Origin: a virus
IMG/VR virus record: IMGVR_UViG_3300027708_000032
Span: 64,066-128,065 of that record
DNA: 64,000 bases
Reading direction: 5' to 3' (one strand)
Made by a program: the position numbers and the translations under genes. Below, in pieces: positions 31,001-40,306 of the stretch (the first letter of the stretch is position 1; each line of letters begins with the position of its first letter). Below the pieces are notes generated by a model. That model ran no database searches. It was given only the letters and a program-made list of their open reading frames with translations, and was not told the DNA's origin.

Positions 31001-32694
31001 GGAATATACTGGAAAGTACTAGTATCAATAAGATTTCCTTTCTCATCATAATGTTTACCATCTATAGAATAATTTGTAATAGCAACTGGATTAATTGTTT
31101 GATTTCCACTTATTACAGAAGCTGAGTTATCAACAAAGTCATTAGCTGCTTTTGAATCAAATCCTTGTTTAACTAAATTTTCTTTATACTGCTCCGTAGT
31201 ATATCTTTGAGAAGGAGTATTATTATATTTAGTAACTCGTTTAGCAACTTTTGGTTTATCCTTATAAGATTTATCAGTATTTGCTAATCCAGCATTTTGA
31301 TTAAAGTCAGTAACTGTTTTCTGATTAGCACTATTAAGATTAGCTTCTTGTATATTAAGTCTTGAATCAACTGCAGCATTAGTACTATCAGATGCAAGTT
31401 GTAGTCTTCTATTGTATTCATCTTCATCTGAAGTAACAAAAGGAGCAGGTCTTAGTACACATTTTTTTGATAGAGTATCCCAATACATATTTGTTGGACA
31501 TGGTCCTTGTCCACCATCATCCATTCTTTTTATACCACCATACCTACCCATATCTAACGCCTGTGTACCATCATTCTTTACATACTTATTTAACATGTCT
31601 GCTATAACTTTTGGGTTATTTCCAAACTGCTTCATCCATGTTTGTATAAGATATGGTGTATAGTTTTCTTTAGTATGGTCATTTATATATTTCTTATCAC
31701 TATACTTATTTATATATGGCATAATATTTTTCTCATCCCACACTTGTTTAGGATTAATACCCTCACTCATTCTAAACATATTTATTACACCAGATGGTTC
31801 TGGATTATTTTGTGTTCTCACTCTATCAGGATTTCCTGGGTCATATCCAGAAACACTTCTCCACCATGATAAAGGTTTACCTTTTTCATCAATATTTTTA
31901 ACACGTTGCATACCCATCATCCAGTTACGCATAGATGGTTCTAACCCTGCAACTTTAGCTGGAACAGGTCTAAAGAAACCTCTGTTCTCCTGTGGATTAT
32001 TATAATCTAAAGCATGTGTATATTCATGAGCTATTACTTCTGGAAGAATACCAAGACCATCAGCATTAAAGTTAGGATCCTTTGGATCTGTTAGATATAT
32101 GTTTTTACCCCCCTCTACAGGAAAATATGCAATCTGATCATGAGCTTTATTATCAGAACCTGATGCAAACTTATAGTTTAAATCATTAAGAGTTTTTAAT
32201 CTTGCTGTAGCTACATCTTTAAACTGAGGAAGTTCTGCTCTTCCTGTATACCAGTTCCTTAAAAACTCTTTGGCTTTAGCTTCATTTGCAACTACATCAT
32301 CACCTGGTCCACCTTCATCAAACCTAGGCATACTACCACCTTGTTGCATCTTAATCATTCCTCCACACTTATGACATGTCATAGGATCAGAGCCACCATC
32401 TACGGCTTTCCATGACCATCCACAATTAGAACATGTCACTGTTCTACTAAGAAGTCCTCCACCATTAGCCATTCTAGGAGGAGCATAACTATGATACTCA
32501 GGAAACATTCCACCACCAAACTTTTCTTTAGGTAAACTGCTTTTAGCTTTACGAGTTATGTGGCTAGTCTTATCTTTATTAGCCTCTATAATCTGACTTA
32601 AATTAGGTTTACCATTTCTATCAACAGGTCCTCCCTTCTTAGCCTTAGGAAGCTTAGAATTATAAAAGTTTTGTAAGATAGAATCCTTTCTCAT
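28072..32694 (-). CDS. Mosaic putative cargo protein with Zn ribbon, HExxH zincin domain, Cys repeats and a C-terminal hydrophobic helix, 1540 aa
   Basis: CSNC...CHKC, EVIAHEYTHALD (~32005-32040), CPTNMYWDTLSKKC and GAGVLGGIGLGMYGL. Modules are separated by xxGG motifs. Confidence 0.65.
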   Translation of the reverse strand: MRKDSILQNFYNSKLPKAKKGGPVDRNGKPNLSQIIEANKDKTSHITRKAKSSLPKEKFGGGMFPEYHSYAPPRMANGGGLLSRTVTCSNCGWSWKAVDGGSDPMTCHKCGGMIKMQQGGSMPRFDEGGPGDDVVANEAKAKEFLRNWYTGRAELPQFKDVATARLKTLNDLNYKFASGSDNKAHDQIAYFPVEGGKNIYLTDPKDPNFNADGLGILPEVIAHEYTHALDYNNPQENRGFFRPVPAKVAGLEPSMRNWMMGMQRVKNIDEKGKPLSWWRSVSGYDPGNPDRVRTQNNPEPSGVINMFRMSEGINPKQVWDEKNIMPYINKYSDKKYINDHTKENYTPYLIQTWMKQFGNNPKVIADMLNKYVKNDGTQALDMGRYGGIKRMDDGGQGPCPTNMYWDTLSKKCVLRPAPFVTSDEDEYNRRLQLASDSTNAAVDSRLNIQEANLNSANQKTVTDFNQNAGLANTDKSYKDKPKVAKRVTKYNNTPSQRYTTEQYKENLVKQGFDSKAANDFVDNSASVISGNQTINPVAITNYSIDGKHYDEKGNLIDTSTFQYIPEFQEAKQEVKYKETPSKYSVTYSTPDGKQHTFPYIYDYETWKLINDRFVGSRAYRGSQEKGDKSEASTLLAGLTEEDFNNILNEEYIEGNTKPMDNLFDSKPTSSIASVEYVQANNKKYGGNAYTKKLDYFNPKFNEMGGRITTSAMNLRKYVNGGALCKDMFGNTIDCPPGYTAGSTVFATQSPNVSSSTSAGVPQRNAEMLNDLRFRQSVQNQASVGPARMQTLDEQRLNQQRKQQFVQNNPNTQLNDQNTIVGINPNRGFQGQPLTPNAKRFDKGLGHIARGLDAAYNLTGAGIGINALRNRLGKKVSTLALTEEEMAQAMAEGIDEAGSYGISPDQYRKMLQDQQLRQQSGKMVRGMEKNPSDQHPIDEWFRSSNSREFGDEMRGLMRKLGYEPTNPKDVENFRTFFNNRSGQLFLNNQKPVGYGQTLTNMFSNPMNKYGGSIDQYGPGGQTTDGCGPGFDRHPILGTCIPNGWNPPTQTQVGPTVQAAENMRRARMLNDVHEIAAKARYKQLQPNQQQATVGRSYGDEPWRQRQAAEIRRQEAMKNTELAQTFASLTPSGDINAGVIGANTFVNMTPGIGIIPASSRLATFVNSVGPNNPRKGENAYYSKDNSFGENALGALNFVGDIGMLGIGSPFKGLSAEPTPGVTQAGFNPIRGTKKLINKAYGAFDEMFGGSGDEVLFNNLENKPKPSNVTPEAEVSPRVERTYPFENQAEIVHNNNTYFVNKDNPTEIMMMEEGQRTLTHASEADIPKVQEKYSATLPKETTTPAKTEPVQQTTTPAQTSTPKPVSTLEENLNKARAQSDPTPPPSTTEKNTGQAAPATPPKKGNGFGQVVKPVLKGAGVLGGIGLGMYGLNKLMSNSAPPTKPFSNSPTNNVTPSDTNFYSNPTIDTSMNQYADTSGYAAPVNIDSSINAPLTPEEIRLALDTSGVPSHRYGGQRMRYGGYKFQNGGSISIEGLQNALNNIKI

Positions 32695-35600
32695 TATCTG
32701 TAAGATTGTAATGTTTTTTGGTTAGATATTTTAAACAGCATCTTTACATCATTACTAATAGTTTTTCTAAGAAACACTCTGCTTACATTATGTCTAAACT
32801 TTTTACGTTGTAATGTATCCTTAGTATAATTAACAGCAGTGGGGTTTATGTTATATTGATAGCCATTTGCTTCTGTTATGAATAGTGGTACTTCAGCATT
32901 AGTATACTCACCACGGTCTTTTGTAATATCCCAGAACTGGTTGAATCTGTATTTGTTTTCCTCTTTAGAGAACTGTATATCTATAGAGTCAAAGTTTATC
33001 TTAGGATACTGTAACAAAGCTAACGGATTATTCTTAGTTTTAATCTGTAAGTTAAGTATTCCTGATATCTGTTCAGAGTTGTATATTATAGCTTGGTCAA
33101 AGTTCTCATCTAGGATATGAAACTTATCTCTACACTCATTCTTTATTTTATAAGCCTCTAGTAAGTATTCTATACTTCTCATAGAAACTACACTTTGTCC
33201 AGTGCTAGATACAAACTCTATTTCAAATGGATAGTCTACACCATAAAAGTTACAATAGCTAGTACATGTTACATTGTGTTTCCAAATGGTTCTGTTTTTT
33301 ACAGACATAAAATGTTTCTTACCTGGAACTAAGAATGTAGGTATCCAGTCATGGAAACTAATAAATGTTTGAGCTTTAGGATCATACGATATAGTCCAGC
33401 TAGCATCTTCAAAATATCTAGTGTCAGTGAACTGTATCTGAGTTCCTTTATAGTAAAAGTTTCCATCATCGTCAAATGTATAATCAGATCTTAATGGTCT
33501 ATAATCCTTCTTACTAAAGTATACTATTTCATTAGTATTATCATATATAGTTTGTACACCTACACCAGCTAATGGATTATCAAATAAAAGATAGTCAGGA
33601 TATACTTTAAGAAGTTCTGATGGTAGATATCTTGCAAACCACCACTTCATTCCATTATTAGATATCTCAGCAAGTTTTCCCATGTAGTTAAATATCTTAC
33701 CCTGGTTCTGACTCACCCAAAATACACCGTGCAACGTATTAATAGCAGAAAATTTATTTTGACAAGATCCATATTCATAAGCATCATCTACATTTACTAC
33801 AGATTGAAGCTGTTTATTATTATCAAACAGCTTACCATCACCCACTGTAATCTTAGTGTTTGTACCATCCATCTGAAGTTCTTCTACACCCATGAAAGAC
33901 ATTGGGCTTGTATACCTCATCATAAATAAAGCACCCGTCTTGTTGATAGACTTTATAGAAGTTATTTCAGAATCAAAGTCATAATAGTTATTAGCTAAGA
34001 AAACTCTCCAACTATCTTTCTTAGACTCATACTGTTGTGGTAGAGAGTAGATGGCTCTTAATGGTTTGTATACATAACATGCTGCTTGTACTAATGGATC
34101 ATAATCCCTTGGTAGTAAGTCTCCCCATGTTATACCACTATTAAATAATTTAGAAATACTTAAAGAATAATCATACTTATAGTAGTTACCGTTTTTAATA
34201 ACATCACTCCTAAACATAGAGTTAATATCTGTATACCCGTATGGATCATAGTGACGCTTTCCTGTTTCATCTTCCCAATCTCTATATGCTAAGTTTATTT
34301 CACTCTCACAAAAGAAGTCTCTAACACCAGAATTAAAAAGATAGAAGTGTCCACTGTTTACATACCACTTATTAGTTTTAGTAGATTCGTTTACTGACTT
34401 ATCTAAACTTCTATGTTCACTAGCTTGGTCTGCAAACAAACCAATATATTCTATTGAGTTAATCCAGTATCTAGGATAGGGAAGATTAGGGTAGAGAGTG
34501 TAGTCAAACTGTGTACCATCAGGTTCATCCATTAACCATTGTTTAAAAAAGAACATTGTGTTCTTTTCAGTAAATCTGTTTATATAGGTATCTCCACTAA
34601 AAAATACAGAAGAACTTACTCTAGCTGCTTTTATAGGAAAAGATGGTTGAATGCATTCAGATATAGAAAACTGTTTTACAGATTCAAGCTGGCCATACTG
34701 AGATCCTACAGCAAGCTTTAGTGCTCCATAATGAGATGATATAGTGGATGTAATATTTCTATTTAATACAGCTGCAGATTGGCCCATGCTAAATCTACTA
34801 GTATCAGCAACAGTAGAGTTTTCAAATGTTCCATCTGTTCTAATAATTACATACTGGCTACGCATAACATTGTTAACCAAATAATCCTGCGTAAACTGAT
34901 TAAGAGAAGAACCTACATATCCTGTATTAGTAACTTTTCTACGTCTGTTCCCTTCTACAGAACTTATCCCTGTATCATAAAATCCATGAGAGTTATATTG
35001 TGTAGCATATTGTCTATATGGTATAAGAGACAACACCATATCTAACACTTGTTGCTTTTGAACTTTAGATCCAAAGAATGCACTATATGCTGTATTAAAA
35101 ATAACGTTAGCTGCTGCAGCTGCAACTTGTAATGCTGTTCCCAATCCTCCTTGAACACCTTCAGCTAATACTTTACCAACACCTGTTTTAGTAGCAGGTA
35201 AATCTTTTTTTGAATTAGCTGATATAATTTTATTATAATCACCAACAAGTGTAGCTGCTGCTTCTACCACTGTAATAGCTGTTACAAATACATCTATAAT
35301 AGTATCAAGCTTATTACTTATCTGTTTAAACTTAGGATGTAAATAAGGTACAGAAAAACTACCTGTTGATGTACCACTAAGTTGTTGATAAAGCCTCACT
35401 TCATTTACATTAAGATAGACATTAGTAAATGTAACTTCAGGACTATGAAAAGAAAATACATCTTTTCTGTATGTAGAAAGTTGAGATGATCTAGGATTAT
35501 CATGAGCATCTCCGTTTAAACCATTTTGTTCTTCAGAAGTTAAGTATACATCTGGTCTAAGATCATTGTATGGATAGTTTTGGTATAGTCCTTTAACCGT

Positions 35601-37271
35601 ATCATTCTCAGGAATTTTATATTCCCTCATGTTGTTAAACAACCCTTTGCCAAGAATGGACTTATTACCCTCACGAGAACCTCTGAGGATTTCGTAACCT
35701 ATGATACTATCAATAGGATTACCATCTTGATCTAAAGGGTGACTAATATTATCAAACTGTACACCAAGTAATACTATAGTGTTGTTTATAGGATTGTATG
35801 TATTTAATATAGCATCCACTGTTTCATCAGGCATCTTATGATGTCTAATAGGTTTACCACAAAGATTACCCCATATATCAGGTCTGTCTGCAGGATAGAG
35901 TTCTTCACTCTGCCAATATCCCATAGCACCTGTAGCAACAACTACACCTCCGTCAGAAAGTGTACTAGTATTTCTATTTATAACATTAGCTGTGTTAGTA
36001 ACCTGCCAGGTTTTTACTTGAACACCTGAAGACATTTCAAAAGCATCTAACCCACTAGCATTAGTAATATCAGCGTTAGAAGATTTTCTACCTGGTATAT
36101 GATAAGACTCTGAACGCTCACCTGTATTATATATCCATCTTATAAAAAAAGGATACTGCTCATCTCTCATGTATGCAGCATTGTTTCCTCCTTTTACATA
36201 ATAGTCAGCAGGATATTCTACAGCCACCCATCTAGTTTTAATAAGGTTAGCTTGTTTTTGATAGTTGAACTTAAACTTACTATGAGTGCCCACTCTAATA
36301 AGATAGTTATTAACAGAATATATTGCATCTGTTTTTTCTATAGCTTGTGTTCTAAGAACAACTTCACTTAACGGTACAGCATAAAGTTCAGGATCCCATC
36401 TATCTACATAGATTGTACCCTGCACTGTAGAATAATAACCTATACGTTTACATATAGTTTGAGAGTTTATATTACTTACTATAACAAGTTCAAACTCGTC
36501 AAACCTATCATCTATTTCTAAAATTTTAACTTCTAATGCAGAGCTTACATTTTGATATGTAAATAATCCCTGCACTTCTGATAGTCCTATATAGTCTGTA
36601 ACTCTCACTTTGTTTATAGTGTACGCTATAACAGCTTGGTAAGATCCATTAGGTAAACTACCTGTTACATTAGACTTGTTAAGTTTTATACAAGGATGTT
36701 TTATAAGTTGAGCCATTCTTATAGCTTCACAATCTAATGCCGTTGTATATGTTCTTTGTATACAACCTGCCACAACTTTATCAGTGTATTTAAATGGAAC
36801 ATTATCTATATCCATAGTTCTACTAGGATTAAGAGCATCATCCCAATAGATTATTCTTTCACAGTCATATCTGTATCTAAAAGCAGCTGTAATTAAGTGT
36901 GACCTTTTAAAGTTTAAACATGGGTCGTTTACAATCTTAGTGTATGAACATTGTGACTCATCAAAGAGTCCTATTTCTGAACTAACGTCATCTGTAGTGA
37001 ATACCACCCATTGATCATCATATGTATGAACACACCCAATAAGATCATAAGGTAGAGTGATACATTTTATATTAGAAGGTTCATTTCCTATAACCCCTAC
37101 TTGACCATCATGAGAGTTGTTTACAGCATTACGTGCATGCGTATATAATCCCTCTCCTACAAAGGTCTCGTTATAGTCCTTAAGCATACCTTTACTAAAT
37201 GTATTAGTGGTACCGCTTTGGCTAGCTGTACTATCAGTAGTATCATCTGATGTTCTTCTTTTCTTAGCCAT
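32694..37271 (-). CDS. Tail stabilisation / nozzle (muzzle) protein, 1525 aa
   Basis: N-terminal FSKGMLKD...YTHARNA pattern, beta-rich composition, size, and position after the ring proteins and before the cargo genes all fit the crAss-like tail stabilisation protein. Confidence 0.75.
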   Translation of the reverse strand: MAKKRRTSDDTTDSTASQSGTTNTFSKGMLKDYNETFVGEGLYTHARNAVNNSHDGQVGVIGNEPSNIKCITLPYDLIGCVHTYDDQWVVFTTDDVSSEIGLFDESQCSYTKIVNDPCLNFKRSHLITAAFRYRYDCERIIYWDDALNPSRTMDIDNVPFKYTDKVVAGCIQRTYTTALDCEAIRMAQLIKHPCIKLNKSNVTGSLPNGSYQAVIAYTINKVRVTDYIGLSEVQGLFTYQNVSSALEVKILEIDDRFDEFELVIVSNINSQTICKRIGYYSTVQGTIYVDRWDPELYAVPLSEVVLRTQAIEKTDAIYSVNNYLIRVGTHSKFKFNYQKQANLIKTRWVAVEYPADYYVKGGNNAAYMRDEQYPFFIRWIYNTGERSESYHIPGRKSSNADITNASGLDAFEMSSGVQVKTWQVTNTANVINRNTSTLSDGGVVVATGAMGYWQSEELYPADRPDIWGNLCGKPIRHHKMPDETVDAILNTYNPINNTIVLLGVQFDNISHPLDQDGNPIDSIIGYEILRGSREGNKSILGKGLFNNMREYKIPENDTVKGLYQNYPYNDLRPDVYLTSEEQNGLNGDAHDNPRSSQLSTYRKDVFSFHSPEVTFTNVYLNVNEVRLYQQLSGTSTGSFSVPYLHPKFKQISNKLDTIIDVFVTAITVVEAAATLVGDYNKIISANSKKDLPATKTGVGKVLAEGVQGGLGTALQVAAAAANVIFNTAYSAFFGSKVQKQQVLDMVLSLIPYRQYATQYNSHGFYDTGISSVEGNRRRKVTNTGYVGSSLNQFTQDYLVNNVMRSQYVIIRTDGTFENSTVADTSRFSMGQSAAVLNRNITSTISSHYGALKLAVGSQYGQLESVKQFSISECIQPSFPIKAARVSSSVFFSGDTYINRFTEKNTMFFFKQWLMDEPDGTQFDYTLYPNLPYPRYWINSIEYIGLFADQASEHRSLDKSVNESTKTNKWYVNSGHFYLFNSGVRDFFCESEINLAYRDWEDETGKRHYDPYGYTDINSMFRSDVIKNGNYYKYDYSLSISKLFNSGITWGDLLPRDYDPLVQAACYVYKPLRAIYSLPQQYESKKDSWRVFLANNYYDFDSEITSIKSINKTGALFMMRYTSPMSFMGVEELQMDGTNTKITVGDGKLFDNNKQLQSVVNVDDAYEYGSCQNKFSAINTLHGVFWVSQNQGKIFNYMGKLAEISNNGMKWWFARYLPSELLKVYPDYLLFDNPLAGVGVQTIYDNTNEIVYFSKKDYRPLRSDYTFDDDGNFYYKGTQIQFTDTRYFEDASWTISYDPKAQTFISFHDWIPTFLVPGKKHFMSVKNRTIWKHNVTCTSYCNFYGVDYPFEIEFVSSTGQSVVSMRSIEYLLEAYKIKNECRDKFHILDENFDQAIIYNSEQISGILNLQIKTKNNPLALLQYPKINFDSIDIQFSKEENKYRFNQFWDITKDRGEYTNAEVPLFITEANGYQYNINPTAVNYTKDTLQRKKFRHNVSRVFLRKTISNDVKMLFKISNQKTLQSYR

Positions 37272-37623
37272 GTTTTATTTCAAGCTTCTTTTTTTCTATA
37301 AACTTGTACATCACACCTGTTATATGCCCACATAACCAAGACTGAGCTTCTTCATCTGTTATTCCTCTATCCTCTGTTATTCCGACCACTGCATGGTATA
37401 TCTCGTGAGCTATTGTATTGTGACTTAAATATTTATTATCTATCAATAAAAAATACTTACTAATATCTGTTGTTATAAATACTCCTTCATCTTCACTTTC
37501 TTCACCTGCATCTATCTTATATTTTTTGTATATTTTCTTAGACTCAGCCTTTAACTGATCAGTTATAATTATAACCAATGCACAACTATAAGTTTCCAAT
37601 TTTATAGTGGCCGTAGCTTTCAT
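37264..37623 (-). CDS. Small zincin-like metallopeptidase-fold protein, 119 aa
   Basis: TIAHEIYHAV followed by DEEAQ (HExxH...E). Confidence 0.65.
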   Translation of the reverse strand: MKATATIKLETYSCALVIIITDQLKAESKKIYKKYKIDAGEESEDEGVFITTDISKYFLLIDNKYLSHNTIAHEIYHAVVGITEDRGITDEEAQSWLCGHITGVMYKFIEKKKLEIKHG

Positions 37624-38501
37624 TAATAATCATTAAATGATTTAAACATATTGTAATACTTATGGTACATTGCTTTTCTATTAAGCTCCCAGTTCTTTTT
37701 CATTTCTGCAAAGTCTGGAGTGTTTACAATAGTAAGAGCATTGTTACGTGCACCACGTAGTCTTTGTTCTACCAACTGTAACTTCTGTGTTACATCCTCA
37801 CCATTAATATACAAGTTCTCTAAAAGACGTTGTTTAATAGCATACTCATAGTATTCATTGATCATTGGATGGTCCATAACTAATAAGTTACCTTCTTCAT
37901 CTTCAAGAGCACCTTGGTATGATATATATAGTTTACCTTCTACTAAATTAGTATATATGTAACCATTCTTAATATACCCTACATTATCATTATCATTAAG
38001 AGCATCTCTTCTACCAGTGTCTGTAGCTATTCTAATTCTATCAAATGTTTCATATATTCTAGTTTCAGTCTTACGTTTCTCTACCACCTGCACATGTATA
38101 CTTTCACCATTCTGACACTCTACGCTATATGTAGCTTCACAACAACAATCTACTTCTGGCTTATAACATTTAGGACATTTTTCTGTAGGTCCCTTTCCAA
38201 TGATAACGTTCTCGGTCTCTCTACCTGCCATAGATTTATATGTAACTTTATATGTGCCAGTTAAGTAGGCATAGTTTAATACATAAAAATCATCTGGTAA
38301 TTTTACCTTTTTATTTTCTACATCAAGTAGTACTTCTTTAGTTCCATGAATACGTAGACCAAGATCATAATTTACACGCTGAGCCACTTTAATAAGTTGA
38401 GCAGGTTCAATTAAATTCTCATTATTATATATCATAAAGTCTGTACCAACCTCTTGAAGAAGCTCGTCAAACGTACGATACCTAATTTCTGTATTAGCCA
38501 T
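37623..38501 (-). CDS. Tail tubular / ring protein, 292 aa
   Basis: KVKLPDDFYVL and YIKNGYIYTNLVEGKLYISYQ...YYEYAIK patterns typical of crAss-like ring (tail tubular) proteins. Located just upstream of the nozzle gene. Confidence 0.65.
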   Translation of the reverse strand: MANTEIRYRTFDELLQEVGTDFMIYNNENLIEPAQLIKVAQRVNYDLGLRIHGTKEVLLDVENKKVKLPDDFYVLNYAYLTGTYKVTYKSMAGRETENVIIGKGPTEKCPKCYKPEVDCCCEATYSVECQNGESIHVQVVEKRKTETRIYETFDRIRIATDTGRRDALNDNDNVGYIKNGYIYTNLVEGKLYISYQGALEDEEGNLLVMDHPMINEYYEYAIKQRLLENLYINGEDVTQKLQLVEQRLRGARNNALTIVNTPDFAEMKKNWELNRKAMYHKYYNMFKSFNDY

Positions 38502-38985
38502 TATTTTTAATTATATGTTTACAATAAAATAATAGTTCGTCTAAAGTCATATTTAATTTCATTTTATTAATTATACAACAAACAAGTTGAATATTATCTT
38601 TTATATAGCCTTTACTAGAATCTATTCTATCTATTGATATATTTGTATTATTATGTCCATTATATAATACATATGTCATTGGAATATTTGATATAGCACA
38701 AAGACCATTTTGTTTATTATATAGTTGTTCTAAATATAAAATATCAAAATCTAATGGTACATTATATTTTACTCTTTTATTTTTTATTCTTGTTTTTAAA
38801 TCAGTAAATCTTTCAGTTAATAATCTTGATAAACTTTCTTTAGGTTTTCTTTTTAAATAATAACTTTCTTCTCTGCATTTTTTACAATGACTACTACATC
38901 TGCTTAATGCTGCACCACTGTAATGAAAAAATTCTGTAGTTGCTGGTAAATCATTTTTACACTTATTACATCTTTTAGTATTCAT
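38494..38985 (-). CDS. HNH-type (endonuclease VII-like) putative homing endonuclease, 163 aa
   Basis: N-terminal CNKC...CKKC Zn finger, then GLCAISNIPM...ISIDRIDSSKGYIKDNIQLVCCIINKMK. Visibly more AT-rich than its flanks and overlaps both neighbours. Confidence 0.8.
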   Translation of the reverse strand: MNTKRCNKCKNDLPATTEFFHYSGAALSRCSSHCKKCREESYYLKRKPKESLSRLLTERFTDLKTRIKNKRVKYNVPLDFDILYLEQLYNKQNGLCAISNIPMTYVLYNGHNNTNISIDRIDSSKGYIKDNIQLVCCIINKMKLNMTLDELLFYCKHIIKNNG

Positions 38986-39659
38986 TAGCGTGCTATGTTT
39001 TGTTTATCAGCTGTAGGATCAGCTGGAATCTGAAACAAACCCATCATATCTTTCATCACCTGACCTTCTAGTTCTCCTAATAAATAATCAGGTACATTAA
39101 AACTTTGTTCTTGTTTAACTATACAATTATCTTCATCACATGTATACTTACTAATATCATCTTCAAATATTCCTTCTATACGTACAGCCTCCCATTCTAA
39201 ATTTGGAAAGTAGAGATAGTCATTAAGAAACCAGTAGTATTTAGTTTTATTAAACCTGTAATTTTTAGAATTAGCTATACCTATGTATATACTAGGAAGA
39301 ATAGGTTGTAATTCTTCTGACCCATCAATAGAACTAATAGTTCTAATAAGCGGTCCAAAGTATCCTTGAAGGAACACAGGAAGTTTATCTTTAGTACGTT
39401 TTATTTTACAATCAGATCTTATACCAGTGCAGCATGCTTCCACCTTATCTATTTCTACAAGCTCTACATAATCCATTGTTTGAATAACACCAGAAAAAGC
39501 CATAAGCTTATTCTTAGCATCCTCACGTTTCATTAACCACTTAGCATGCTTAAGAACAAATGTATATATCATACGATCAGTCATAAAACTATCTTGACGT
39601 ACACCTTTAAACTGTATACGCAATCTTGATACAACATCTCCTATAGTATTTTTAGCCAT
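38985..39659 (-). CDS. Ring/connector structural protein, 224 aa
   Basis: TIGDVVSRLR N-terminus and YYWFLNDYLYFPN...VRIEGIFED pattern. Position next to the IHF-like gene as in crAss-like tail modules. Confidence 0.55.
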   Translation of the reverse strand: MAKNTIGDVVSRLRIQFKGVRQDSFMTDRMIYTFVLKHAKWLMKREDAKNKLMAFSGVIQTMDYVELVEIDKVEACCTGIRSDCKIKRTKDKLPVFLQGYFGPLIRTISSIDGSEELQPILPSIYIGIANSKNYRFNKTKYYWFLNDYLYFPNLEWEAVRIEGIFEDDISKYTCDEDNCIVKQEQSFNVPDYLLGELEGQVMKDMMGLFQIPADPTADKQNIAR

Positions 39660-39660
39660 G

Positions 39661-40245
39661 TTAATCTAATTTAAATTCGTCATAGTCTTTAAGAAGATCT
39701 ATTGTTTCTATCTTTCTATTATTTTCTGACTTATGCTTTCTAAATAACCTACTCACCTTTATCATATTATCCACCTGTATATATTTCTTCCACTCTTTAG
39801 GATATGTCTGACCTACAGTTCTTGTAAAGTCTCTCACTCCTTTGAACCCCCAGAGCTCATGATTTTTAAACCTGTATTTATTTTCATAATTGGTATAAAA
39901 AATCTTAGCCATAAACTGATCAGATTCCCAGTTTTGATTTTGTAAGACAAGCCCATACTCAGATGATTTTTTAAAGTCTACATTACTCTTCTTACGTGGA
40001 CAGCTTCCTATAAAAAGAAAACCAAGTTGTTCTGGCAGCTGTACACCATCTCTCTCCTTTACAACTGTATTCCATATCATACCATTAAAACTTGTAATGA
40101 TCTCTTTAAACTTTTCTAAAGACACATCTGCATGCTTAGGGTTATCTTCTATAAACCTTTCATAAAAATCTGAGTTTGTCAGATTTAGTTTTTTAGGTCT
40201 ATACCTAGGAGCATTAAGATCTGGTTTCTTACAAGCTTTGGCCAT
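39661..40245 (-). CDS. HU/IHF-like DNA-binding protein, 194 aa
   Basis: FKEIITSFNGMIWNTVVKERDGVQLPEQLGFLFI resembles the HU/IHF helix plus V-x-L-x-x-x-G-x-F strand. Basic protein; crAss-like virion modules carry an IHF-like gene here. Confidence 0.6.
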   Translation of the reverse strand: MAKACKKPDLNAPRYRPKKLNLTNSDFYERFIEDNPKHADVSLEKFKEIITSFNGMIWNTVVKERDGVQLPEQLGFLFIGSCPRKKSNVDFKKSSEYGLVLQNQNWESDQFMAKIFYTNYENKYRFKNHELWGFKGVRDFTRTVGQTYPKEWKKYIQVDNMIKVSRLFRKHKSENNRKIETIDLLKDYDEFKLD

Positions 40246-40251
40246 ACACTC

Positions 40252-40299
40252 TTATATTATTAATTTACGAAAAATTTATGAAGTTTCCCACTTAAACTT
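40252..40299 (-). promoter_or_regulatory. Candidate phage promoter/operator motif upstream of the IHF-like/tail operon
   Basis: Minus strand AAGTTTAAGTGGGAAACTTCATAAATTTTTCGTAAATTAATAATATA. Confidence 0.5.
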
Positions 40300-40306
40300 T
40301 AATAGT

